64,000 nt of DNA. Origin: Utricularia gibba (lineage: Eukaryota > Plantae > Magnoliophyta). Location of the stretch: NCBI GenBank assembly GCA_002189035.1, contig NEEC01000018.1, forward strand, positions 1,674,001 to 1,738,000, given 5' to 3'. Positions 38,967 to 50,793 of this stretch are shown in pieces; positions within the stretch are counted from its first letter, which is position 1; each line of letters starts with the position of its first letter. The position numbers and the translations under genes are program-made. A model generated the notes under the pieces. That model saw only the letters and a program-made list of their open reading frames with translations. It searched no databases and had not been told where the DNA came from.

Positions 38967-41900
38967 ATGGCATCAAGGTTTTGGACTCAGGTTTGTGTTC
39001 GCTATTTCTTTTTTATTGTTTTATTATGGTTTTTTTATGTAGGGTTTATTGCTTCTTCCTGGCACATGGTTTTTGCTTATTATGTCATTTACCGGGAATC
39101 TGCAACTTTGATTTTGTTTACAGTAAAAATCACATTTCATGCCAGATTGATGGTCGTTGTTTGTACGTAACACCATTTTATTTAATGGAAACAGGGTGAT
39201 AGTGAAAGCGAGGAAGAAGAGAATGATATTGAAGAGCAGGAAGATGTATCTGTGGAACCTACAGCTGCACCAGCTGCTAGCCGGTATTATTCTGGAATGG
39301 CAAGTGATAGTGATGACTCTGATGGGCAGAGGCGTGTCATTCGTCGTATCAAGGACAAACGTTTTGATGAGATGAGAGCCACTGTTGATCATATGAAAAA
39401 TGCCATGAAGATTAATGATTGGGTTAGTCTACAGGAAAGCTTTGAGAAGATCAATAAGCAATTGGGAAAGGTCATGCGCGTCTCAGAGGAAGATAAGCCT
39501 CCAAAACCCTACATTAAAGCTCTGGTGATGTTGGAGGACTATTTGAATGAGTCCTTGTCCAATAAAGAGGCAAAGAAGAAAATGAGTAGCACTAATGCAA
39601 AGGCATTGAATTCAATGAAACAGAAGTTGAAGAAGAACAATAAAGTATATGAGGATTTGATTAATCAATGCAGGGAGAAGCCTGAATTGTTCGAGGAGCA
39701 GGCTGAGCAAGAGCCAGAGCCTGATGAGGAGGATATTGAGGAAGATGATGATGAAGATGTTGACTTTGAAGATGGCTCTGATGTTGCAGCCTCTGATGAA
39801 GATAATGAGGATGAAGATGATGGTGGTGATCTTGGAGAGGTTGGATGGCAGACTATCTTGAACAAGAAAGATAAGATGATTGATAAGCAGTTTAAGGATC
39901 CCAATCAAATCACATGGGATGTAGTTAACAAAAAATTTAGGGAGAGTGTTGCTGCTAGGGTAAGAAGGGAACGGGAAGGATTGAGTTAGTGGAGCAGCTT
40001 ACCTTCCTGACTAGGGTTTCCCGGACACCTGCTCAGAAGCTTGAAATTCTTTTCAGTGTCATATCTGCACAGTTTGATGTTAATCCAAGCCTGATAGGTC
40101 ACATGCCAATCAATGTGTGGAAACAGTGTGTGAAGAACCTGCTCATCATACTTGATATACTGACACAGTATCGTAATATTGTTGTTGATGACATGGTGGA
40201 GCCCGATGAGAATGAGACTCAAAAGGGAGCAGATTTTGCTGGAACAATCAGGATCTGGGGTAATTTGGTTGCCTATGTTGAACGCATTGATGTAGAGTAT
40301 TTTAAGAGTCTTCAGGTCATTGATCCTCACACCCGTGAATATGTTGAAAGACTTAAAGACGAGCCTATGTTTTTGGTTCTCGCCCAGAACGTGCAGGAGT
40401 ATTTAGAGAATATTGGTGATTACAAGGGTGCTTCAAAGGTAGCCCTTAAACGTGTTGAACTAACATATTATAAACCGCAAGAAGTCTATGACGCTATGAG
40501 GAAATTGGCTGAGCAAAATGGAGAAGGAGATGCAGGGGAGGAAGTCAAATCAGAACAAATCATGGCATCATCTGCTTTTGTCACAACTCCCGAGCTAGTC
40601 CTTCGTAAGCCAACCTTCCCAGAGAGCAGCAGAGCTTTGATGGACATCCTTGTTTCTCTCATCTACAAATATGGTGATGAACGCACCAAGGCTCGTGCAA
40701 TGCTTTGTGATATATATCACCATGCTATTTTTGAGGAATTCTCGACAGCCCGTGATTTACTGCTGATGAGCCATCTCCAGGATAATGTTCAGCACATGGA
40801 TATTTCTACACAAATATTATTTAACAGAGCGGTTGCCCAGCTTGGTTTATGTGCTTTCAGGGCTGGGCTTATTACTGAGGGCCATAGCTGCCTTTCTGAA
40901 CTGTATTCAGCTGGAAGGGCGAAGGAACTGCTGGCGCAAGGTGTTTCTCAGAGCAGATATCATGAGAAGACACCCGAACAAGTAATTATTAATTCTTAAT
41001 CTTTTATTACGTGGTTGTTACTCTTAAGACATTAGTTTCTATCCCGCCATGGCTCTCTACTGTAGAAATTTTCTTGATGAGTTGATCTGTGCTTTCAGGA
41101 ACGGTTGGAAAGAAGGCGACAGATGCCTTACCACATGCACATAAATCTTGAGCTTCTTGAAGCTGTGCACCTGACTTGTGCAATGCTCCTGGAGGTCCCT
41201 AACATGGCAGCCAATGTTCATGACGCCAAAAGGAAGGTCTTAAGCAAAACTTTCCGAAGGCTGCTCGAAGGTAGTGATCGACAGACCTTCGTCGGCCCTC
41301 CCGAAAACGTAAGAGATCACGTGATGGCTGCAACGAGGGCCCTCATGCAGGGAGACCATGAAAAGGCCTTCTCCGTCATCAAATCCCTCGATGTCTGGAA
41401 GTTGCTGCGCAGCAAGGACAGCGTCCTGGGAATGCTCGAGGCCAAAATCAAGGAAGAAGCTCTGAGGACATATCTCTTCACCTATTCATCATCCTACGAG
41501 TCTCTCAGCCTGGACCATCTTTCCAAGACCTTCGACCTCCCCGACTCCCAGACCCGATACATCATCAGCAAGATGATGATTGATGAAGAGCTCAGTGCTA
41601 GTTGGGATCAGCCAACCGGGTGCATCGTCTTCCACGACGTCGAGCACTCCAGGCTACAGGCGCTGGCATTCCAGCTGACGGAGAAGCTCACAGTCCTTGC
41701 AGAATCAAACGAGAGAGCAATCGAGGCACGGATGGGTGGTGGCCTGGATGGACTCCCTTTCAGACGCAAAGATGGGCACGACTATGGCGCCGCCGCAGCC
41801 TCTGGCGGCGGCGGTAGATGGCAGGACTTCTCTTTCCCACAGGGCAGGCAAGGCAGCAACACCGGAAGAGGAGGAGGATACAATGTTGGTAGACCGACTG

Positions 41901-42022
41901 GCTCTGGACTCGCCGGCGGCGGCAGCTTCGCAAGGGACCGGCAGGCACGAGGCGGCGCGAGGAACCAGGATGGTTCTGGGTCGACCAGGATGGTTAACCT
42001 CAACAGGGGAGTTCGTGCATAG
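38967..42022 (+). CDS. eIF3c: Eukaryotic translation initiation factor 3 subunit C; one apparent 1-bp deletion at 39958-39960
   Basis: Exons 38967-38990 (MASRFWTQ), 39195-40981, 41099-42022. Motifs [50 protein letters not shown] and the PCI domain. The frame is restored by adding one G ([17 protein letters not shown]). Confidence 0.93.
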
Positions 42023-42498
42023 AGGACTGAGCTTATCGTTTTGGTTCACCGGTGATGTGTTTCATGGAGTCATTTGGAAGCTTTTGAGATTGTCATCTTG
42101 TTGCTCTCTGAGTTGAACGATGTGCACTACTGTACTGCTGCTCATTTCTCATAATTATTCAAATATTTAATGACTTATTTTAAATAAATTAAAAAAACCA
42201 TGAAATTTTTAACTATTTTTTATATTTTTGAATTGAATAATTTTAGTATAGATAGCGATTAGCGAATGTATTCGGGAAGACGTCATCCATAGTCCTACGT
42301 CGTCGGGGATTTTCTCGGCGTCGTCGGAGATGCTTGGGTTTATGGATTCTTATGGTAGTGATCCACAGATGAGGTATTGTAGCTGCTGATTCCGGTTACT
42401 TTTCGAAGACGAAAGCAGGATGATTTCGGAATGTTTCTTCGCTGGTTCATTTTGTACTTGTGCCGAGTGAGGAAGATTGGAGAATTTGTTTTTTTATG

Positions 42499-42987
42499 GA
42501 TGTGGTGTGTGCTGAGGTATTGGTTGACGTCAATTCCTTCTTTTGGAGTTCTGTGAAGTCGAGTTTTCCTTTCTCCGAGTTCCTCTTGCAATGTGAGTTT
42601 CATTCATCTCTTGATGATGGGGTTCTCATAGAAAAGGGGATTTTCATAGGATTTGCTCTAGGTTTTGGCGTTCTTGAAGTCTCTGCATCTGATGTTGTGC
42701 AACTGGACACATGCGGTGGTATACTGCAAAATCTCGTTCCTGTTTTTCACAATGCTTTTCGTCTACCATGAATCTGCAGGTGTTTTTGTCACTAGAACAC
42801 CGTTGGCATGGACTGGCTACATATGCTCCGTCTGTTTATCTATCTTCTGCGAAAGGCAGAAGAAATGCTTTTGCTGTGGATATCCTAACATTCGGAGGCC
42901 AAGGGCCAGGTCCCCCAGGCACTCTAATCTTCTCTTTTGGAGTGCAGTTCAGTATTCTGTGAAACAAGTAAGAATGCTTTAAGGTAG
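42499..42987 (+). pseudogene. TFB4: Unprocessed, decayed pseudogene of TFIIH subunit TFB4/p34 (GTF2H3)
   Basis: Remnant exons: 42499-42592 (EVLVDVNSFFWSSVKSSFPFSEFL), 42662-~42718 (VLAFLKSLHL), 42780-42879 (CFCH*NTVGM-GYICSVCLSIFCERQKKCFCCG, C4 zinc finger) and 42948-42987 (SVF...). Lesions: TAG at 42793, 4-nt insertion at 42811-42814, +1 at 42592, donor GT>AT at 42880, and loss of the central exons. Confidence 0.85.
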
Positions 42988-43090
42988 TCACCCTTTGCAA
43001 GTGTTGTCCTTATTTTTATTAAAACCAAGTAAAACAAACTTATCAGCAGCACAGGATAAATACTTCTCAACTGATGAACTTGGTGGTCTC

Positions 43091-44171
43091 TCATGACCGG
43101 TCCTTGCAGAGTCGATAACCGGAAATCAGGGCAGTAATGGAGAAGGCAGCGAATGCTAGAAATGAAATGGCAATGGATGCTCCAGCCATCATCGTGAACT
43201 CATCCTCGCCCCAATTCGATATCCAATCCTCCACTCTCGTTGCTGCTGAAGATGATGCTGATATGAGGAGGTAAGCTAGAATCTGCAAAAAGTTCCCTGT
43301 GGTGTGAATTTACTCTTATATATATACACCAGTGTTAGGAAAGCACAATTCTTGGCTACTTTGACAGTATAGTTTTGGTCACTCCATTAGCCTCAGATTA
43401 CAAGAAAACCCTGAGTGTGAAATGAAGATGCCTTGCCTGATCGGCTGCAAAGTCTGAATGGCGCCGGAGAGGGTGAGAGATCACAGACTTTCCGGTGACC
43501 AATCCGTGGGCTGCATCGGAAGCTTGGAATGCAGAATATACAAATCCGATGATGTTAACTACGAGGCAGTATCTGCTGAATCAAGCAAAAATGAGGAGAG
43601 CACCATCTACGCATGGAACAAACAGTTTGTTGAACCTGTTGCAGCACCTGTATTCAATGTAGCGGTCAAAGGAATCGCCGCTCCACCCGCGAGTCTTATC
43701 GGCTGCGAGGACAGAGAAAGAAACCAAGCAAGCAATTGCCCCGAACGCCCTCAGAGCAAGGGCTGCTCTGTCCACCGCCGTATCCCTCCTCGATCTCTTC
43801 AGAATCTTCCCCAATGTCTCTGCCCGGCCGACCGTCTGCTCCTCCTTCACGAGCTTGCTGACTTCTATGACCACCGGTGGGGCACCGTGGTCAGCCGGAG
43901 GAGGAGAAGTGGACTTTCTGGGAGTGGAAAGGTGACTCTGATCGACAAGAACTAGGGCCATGCTGAATTTATCATCGGAATCATGGCTGTTTTCGTGTAG
44001 GAAAGACGGATCAGGATCGTGCGGCGACTCCGATGGGAGAGGAGAGTGCCAAGAATCAGGGTGACTGACGGTGGACTCGGCGTCGGACATGGAGGAATTC
44101 CGGCGGGGAACTGGTCTTCCATGGTCCCTAGCGCTCTTGTCTTCTTCCCCAGATTTCACTCCATCTTCCAT
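43091..44171 (-). CDS. CASPL4A: CASP-like protein, CASPL4A group (MARVEL domain), 3 exons
   Basis: Motifs SFSVLAADKTRGWSGDSFDRYIEYRY, DQILAYLLISASSSAATRVEDWISNWGEDEFT and SALISGYRLC-like C-terminus. Intron 2 has a GC donor. Confidence 0.92.
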
Positions 44172-44274
44172 TTGGCTGCAGACGGAAATGCAACGGAAAC
44201 CGAAGGCGCTTTTGAACGGGAGTGAGAGTGAGGTAAGTAAAGTGAGCTTATTTTATTTTATTTTTTTAAAAAAG

Positions 44275-44295
44275 TAATAATAATAATAATAATAA
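44275..44295. repeat. (TAA)7 microsatellite
   Basis: Read directly from the sequence. Confidence 0.85.
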
Positions 44296-44468
44296 TTGTG
44301 ATGAAGAGGAAAAGCACTAATTTATCCGACTAAAAGAATAAGAATATTAAACAATTCCTTACGTGTGTTTATCCGCTTTGAATGGAATAAATGACAAAGA
44401 GTGGAGTTCCAAGGACCGTTTTTTGTGTTGTGTGATTTGATGCTCCTAATCCCAACTAATTGCACTAA

Positions 44469-44772
44469 GGTCATGTTTGGTATAATAGATTATATAATGA
44501 GGGTTTTGGATTATTTGTAATTGATGTATATTAAATATAATAGATTATACATTTTTATGTTTGGTATGTATGATTGAGTTTATTTATGATTAGACAAATT
44601 ATATATTGGTTTTAACAATTTGATCCACCATCCCACGTTTCATTATTATTGCATATGTGAAATTATCGTGAGTTTGTTGAATCATTAGTGATATTTCAAT
44701 TATTCATATCAAACACATTAAAAATATAATCATAAGTAAAAATATCGCTTATCTTACGTACCAAACATGCCC
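44469..44772. mobile_element. Tourist-like (PIF/Harbinger) MITE, about 304 bp
   Basis: 14-bp TIRs GGTCATGTTTGGTA (44469-44482) and TACCAAACATGCCC (44759-44772), one mismatch. AT-rich non-coding interior. Flanked by TAA (left) and TTA (right), so the TSD is imperfect. Confidence 0.65.
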
Positions 44773-45789
44773 TTAGTATGACATCTCGTATTAGATTAAA
44801 CTCGGATTAGTAAATCCTTCATGATAAGGATTGAGTTACATTTGAACTCTTTTAAAGTAGGAAATAATGAAATCGTAATTCATTTGTGGTTCAATCATAA
44901 TTGAATCATAGTTTATGATCTAGTTTTTGAATTGGATATTTTATATTTTTTATGATAAAAACATCAAAAATATTTTTAAAAAGAAACAAACGATTGAACT
45001 ATGGTTAAATAGGATATATGAGAGCAACAATGATAAAATAGGATATTTAAATGAAGTTTATACAAATTGTTTTTATTTACTGGAGAAAATTTAAAATCAT
45101 GATAATAAAATATTTAAAATAGATAATATTTGATAATTATAATAATTGAAAATTTAAAATAAAATGATAAAATGTGAAACTTTGAAAATAGGAAGGGGAT
45201 GGGATGATGATTGGGTGCGTGTGAAGGAATTGAATCCCTTGCTTTCCCTTTTCCTTTATGAGGAGGATTCGCCTTCCCGCAACTTTCCCTTTTATTCCTT
45301 GTCGCCAAGAATGACTGGTTGGACTCGTCGTGTGCTTGTTCTCAAATTTGATCCGATTTTTTACCATTGAAATTACATTTTAAGTTTTCTAGAAATATAT
45401 TCCAACGTCCGCCGTTCGACCGGAGAGTGTGACTGGATGATACGGTCTACGCCAAAAGGAAGGTGTGGTTCGTAGGAACCGCACGTGATCCGTGTTCCAG
45501 ATGGGGGTCCTCTTGATTGTTTGTGTTGGTGATTCCCAGCACCCCACATTGTTGAGGAGTGAGGGAAGTAGGTCGTTTGTCTCCAAGAACTGTAGCGCAG
45601 AAGGGTTTGTAGTGGGCAGTAATTTGTTGGGCTCGCTCTGTCCTCTCTCTCTCTATCTATTTCATTGGGAAAACGTTAACCCACTTTGGAAGCAACCGAG
45701 ATCTCTCCAAAGCTTCCTTCTTTTTCGGGTGCGCTTTCGGTTGCGGGCTGGATTCTTGATTCGGATGCTTGGTGGGCTGTGATGCGAAT

Positions 45790-47171
45790 ATGGCTGCCGG
45801 GGTTTCAAAGTTCATCAAGTGCGTCACCGTAGGCGATGGAGCCGTGGGCAAGACTTGTATGCTCATTTGCTATACCAGTAACAAGTTCCCAACCGTGAGT
45901 TCTTTCACTTCCGCATCTTTCGATCTTGGGATTGGTATCTCCAAGGGGGTTTGTCGGAATTCTCTGTCAATATGATGTCTATACAAAGAGGGTTTTTTCT
46001 TTTTGTTTCCGGGCTTTTGTTCTTTGGCATGACATTTATCTTCAACTTCGTGATCTGGGCACACTATGAGTTACTGGCCACTTTTTAGGGCTTTTAATGT
46101 GTGCTTTGATATCAGGACTATGTGCCTACTGTGTTTGATAACTTCAGCGCCAATGTAGTAGTTGATGGGACAACAGTGAACTTAGGTCTTTGGGACACTG
46201 CAGGTACATCCCATTTCTCTTACATATGCAGCAAGCACAGCTTCCATTCACTAAGTGTAACCAAATCACCAGGCCAAGAAGATTACAACAGACTAAGGCC
46301 CTTGAGTTACAGAGGCGCCGATGTCTTTGTGATAGCATTTTCGTTGGTAAGTCGGGCAAGCTACGAAAACGTACTCAAAAAGGTGAAAATTGCTTCATGG
46401 AAGCATTGTTTTTGAAACTTCTTGTATTCCTTAAAGTGAAAGTTACAGCACATATGGTGTTGATACACAAGGCATTGTTGTTTGCAGTGGATCCCTGAGC
46501 TTCAGCATTTTGCTCCTGGAATTCCAATAGTACTGGCTGGGACTAAACTTGGTGTGGTATTCCTCTGACTCTCTTGAGTTACTAAGAAGTTTATGCTAAA
46601 GAGCTTATCTTTGTGCTGCATCTCATTGATAGATCTTCGTGAAGATCGGCATTACTTAGCTGATCACCCCGGATTTGTTCCTGTTACCTCTGCACAGGTT
46701 TGATTCTCCTGCATCAAACAGCCCATCCTCATATGGTCTTAGTCATTGTACATCCTGTTTGTAAATCCATAGGGTGAGGAGCTGCGTAAGCAAATCGGTG
46801 CAGCTTATTACATCGAATGCAGCTCCAAGACTCAGCAGGTACTCCCTTACTCAGATGTCATGCTTCGTAGGCATTCTGTCCGGTTCCAATTCTTGAAATC
46901 TGGCTCGGTACTTTCCATCATCAGAATGTGAAAGCTGTTTTCGATGCGGCTATCAAGGTTGTTATCAAGCCCCCACAGAAGCAACGGGAGAAGAAGAAGA
47001 AAAAAAGCAGCAGAGGATACATCCTGTGAGTACATCTTTCTGCGCATGCTTACTTGTTCTCAGTGTTCACATTATTTTCGATGGCTTCTTCGCATTGTCA
47101 TAAAGAAAACTCAATGGGGCCTTCGTTCCTGCAGGAGCCTCTTGTGTGGAAGTTCCACTCATGATGAATGA
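45790..47171 (+). CDS. ROP: Type II ROP/RAC small GTPase (ROP9/10/11 clade), 8 exons
   Basis: Motifs [56 protein letters not shown] and [12 protein letters not shown]. An extra terminal exon (47135-47171) gives [23 protein letters not shown], with no CaaL box. Confidence 0.93.
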
Positions 47172-47854
47172 GACGCTGCAACTAAGATACTGACCTCTGT
47201 GGAGCCTTTGTGTTAGCAAATATTTTTTTTCCCACTTGCAGTTTTACAGCAGCAGTTCCTTCTTGCTTGTTACTCAAAAGCGGTCGAAAGTTCGCACTTA
47301 TGATTCATATATTCAGAAGCAGACAACACCGAGGGCTCTGTGCAAGAGCAAAACAACATGATTCATTCTCTGACGACACCTACACTTACATTTACTCTCA
47401 TCATTCATCATTCATGAATGAGTGTCGGCGAGATCAGCTTCTGGTGGCAGAATCCATTGTCAAGCACAAGGATCCTGCGGAGGGAACTGCTCAACTCTTC
47501 CCCAGATGCATTTCTTGACTTCGTTTTTGAACCTGAGCTCCTAATGAGATTGACGGTTGATTTAATCGGAGAAAGCCACGAGCTTCATGCATCAAAATTG
47601 AAGATTTGGAGCAACCCGAAGTAAGCATCACTTACCCAAACGTCTCAGACTGTTGGATCGGTTCTGAAACCTGAAACTGAGGAAGAAGGCGCCATTGGTA
47701 TTCCTAGGCGTTCATTCAAATCGTAGCAGAAAGGCCAACACGACGTCGTTCAATCTGCTTTTTACGAATATACCCCGGTTGTTTGCCTATTCAACACTCA
47801 TCCCCTTCGCTCTGAGTAGACGGGGACGACGGAGGAAGGAAAAACATCCGAGAA

Positions 47855-50419
47855 ATGGCGAGGATATTCGCCGCCCAGAGTCTTCCACTGGAGGTGTCTC
47901 AAGTGGTGGATCAATTGGAGCGGCATTGCTTGGCTCCTGATGGATCTCTTATTTCCAAATCTGCTTACTACGATCTCCAAATCGTGCTCATCTATCTATC
48001 CTCATAGTTCCAGCTTTGTTGTCTCCATTTTCTTTTATGCAGACCCTAAAATATATGTGCTTATACAGGCAAGAGAAGAAATGTGTAAGGAGAGGCAACG
48101 CTACTTGGAAGCCATGGTATTGTTTACTGTTTTGGTGGGTGATTCCTGGACATTGTTCTTACGATTTTTAATTGGGGGTTTGTTGCTTGAAATTGTACAG
48201 ACGGTCTACATAGAGGCGATAGCGATGGTGGAGGAGCATCAGCAAGCCAATGTGGGCGCTATTCGTGATGCTGATGGTCTTTATCCGCAGCTTGGGTTGA
48301 AGAACGCATCCCAGGTCTCAATTCTAGATTGCATTACTTACAAAACTTTTTCCTGTGTGGTGAGGGCGAGAAATATGTGCAAAAGATTCGTCTTTCTCAA
48401 CGTGGATCTCTGTGGATCCTAGATTTGCTGATTATAAGTTGAATAAATGAATTGGATTTGGCTTCAGTCAGTAATTGGGAGGTCACGTTTGATGAAATCT
48501 CAATTTTTAGGTATATGCGGCACTTGAGCATCGGATGGCTGTAGCGGAGGCTGCTCAGAAGTTGAGGCTTCCTTTGATATCTAAAGATGGTGAAATTGAC
48601 AAGGAAGAAATTGAAAGATGGAGTAGCTCACTTAATGGCTCAACCACGAGCATTTCGATCAACTCAAACAATAGTTCGTCATCCGTAGGAGTGAGTGATG
48701 CATCCGAACCTGAAGTTGGTGGCGTGCCAAACAGGTTCCTTGGAATAACGCATTCCTATCTTTGGAAAACGCAAATTCCACAAGCTCCCGTATCGATGGT
48801 ATGATATTTTGCATTTTTAAATATTGAATATTCGGCCATGATTTGTATTATAATGATACCTTTTCCTGAAAATGCAGGACAATTCTGAATATCAGATGTT
48901 GCTTGCTCGTGAGATTGCCAGTCGATTGGATGCTAAATGCCATAAGTTAGCAGATGCTATTGTGTCAGATGACATTGGTTAGCTTTTCTTCTTTCTTTCA
49001 TTATTTCCTCGAGTGAATACTAGCTTGTCATTTTTATGTTCTGTGGTCTGCTGCGACCTGTCTGACTATATTTTTCATCATTATTCTCCCTTGAGGTTCC
49101 TTTTGCTGCAATATTGAACAGTTATCTTCCTCATGTTGTCTGAACGGAATCCTTTTTCGCTTACTATGATATCATTCTCATATTGGTTTACCAGATTCAT
49201 CGGTCAGCCACAAGAATATGGCTTCTCGTCTTCCTGAAAGGTTACTCTCGAACTTCGACATAACTGTGACACCCCCCGTGTTTAAGTTTTACCTTTTTAA
49301 TAAAGCATGCCATAGCACGTTAGTTTTCTGAACTTAAACCAGTTTTCCAGGGTAAAGTTGATAATTGATGAGATTGAAAGAGAAGAATTAGCCTGGAGGG
49401 ATGACCTGTATTCATCTGATAGGAAATTTACTGAGTACTACAATGTAAGCTGGCTGTTTTTTTCTTGGAAACACGACTATTCATCTGGGCTTTTGTTTTT
49501 GAATTTGCTGTAACCCATCAACTTCTCTCTTAGGTACTGGAGCAGATTCTTGGAGTCCTTATCAAGCTTGTTAGGGATGTAAAACATGTGCATCAGCATA
49601 AATATGTAAGCTTCTCCAAACTAATGTGGCATAAATATCAATATTATGCATCACCATAAGTAACGATGTGTTTCCGGTCACTTTGTGCTAGGGAATTTAT
49701 TTTGTTAAGGTTTATGCGGGACTTAACTCCTATTCTTTTATAGGATGAACTTCAGAAGACGTGGCTATGCAAAAGATGTGAGACCATGAGTGCCAAACTA
49801 AGGTTGGTTTTCTAGTTGCTCGCGTTGGTACTTCTATGTTGTAATGTTTTCATATCTACTCAAAATATGGTTTATAGAAACGGGACTTTTTTCGTTGTTG
49901 TGTATGTTCAAGAGTTTTGGAACATATTCTTCTGCTTGGTACCTACACCACGGACACAGTTCCAGCACTTCACAAAATTAGGTAAGAACTTCCAAGGCAT
50001 TTTTCATTCAAGAACCAAACGTTATTCAGTAAATAATGTTACTGAATAACGTGTGCTTCTCATAGGAAATATCTAGTGGAATCAACCGAAGAAGCTTCAC
50101 TTGCGTATAACAAAGCTGTAATGCCCCTCTAGCTAACCAAATTATGTTGTTATGCCTCGTGGGTCGAGTGTGTTTGGCTTGACTGTGTTCTTTACCAGGT
50201 GACCCGACTACGAGAATATCAAGGCGTCGATCCTCATTTTGACACCATTGCCAAACAGTACCATGACATTGTGAAGGTAAAGTCCACTTGTGTCTTGAGG
50301 ATCGCCCCACCACCTCTTCGAGTTTATACTGATAAAAAAACATGGTGCAGAAACTGGAAAACATGCAATGGACCATTCAACAAGTTGAAATGGACCTCAA
50401 TCGGTCCCCTGATCAATGA
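47855..50419 (+). CDS. AUG4: Augmin complex subunit 4 (HAUS4), 13 exons
   Basis: Motifs QLERHCLAPDGSL, AREEMCKERQRYLEAM, AEAAQKLRLPLISKDGE, GGVPNRFLGIT, DELQKTWLCKRCETMSAKLR and KLENMQWTIQQVEMDL. Stop at 50417-50419. Confidence 0.92.
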
Positions 50420-50793
50420 TCAACCTTCCCCATCATGATTGTGATAGTTCACCAGGAGTGATTGACAAGTCAGTTGGTCGAATTGGTGCTTGCTGTTATT
50501 GAAAGACTCTGAATCATGGTTTCTTGCACGCACAGATTATTAGGAAGTACACATGCCTTCTAGTTGCTGTCTTAGTCCATTCACCATAACGGTGACGGTT
50601 TGTGTGTGTCCTATGACTTACGAAGCATTTCTTAGTGTAAAGGTGGAACTCTCAGAAGCAGATGCAAGATATTGATTACATGAGAAACAGGCACACAAAG
50701 AATGAAACATCGGACATGAGAGGAAAATGAAAGCAAGTTTGGCAACATGAATGGTCCCATGTGGGATGCGGGTAAAAACTTTGATGACATAGC

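Noticed and set aside
39929-39989. Programmed -1 frameshifting or a mini-intron rescuing eIF3c
   Set aside because: No in-frame X XXY YYZ heptamer. The 30-nt GT..AG candidate is too short and gives the wrong phase.
42880-42889. ATATCCT as a U12 AT-AC donor in the TFB4 pseudogene
   Set aside because: The intron ends in a U2-type CTAAT branch, pyrimidine tract and CAG (42947), not AC. A mutated GT donor is the simpler explanation.
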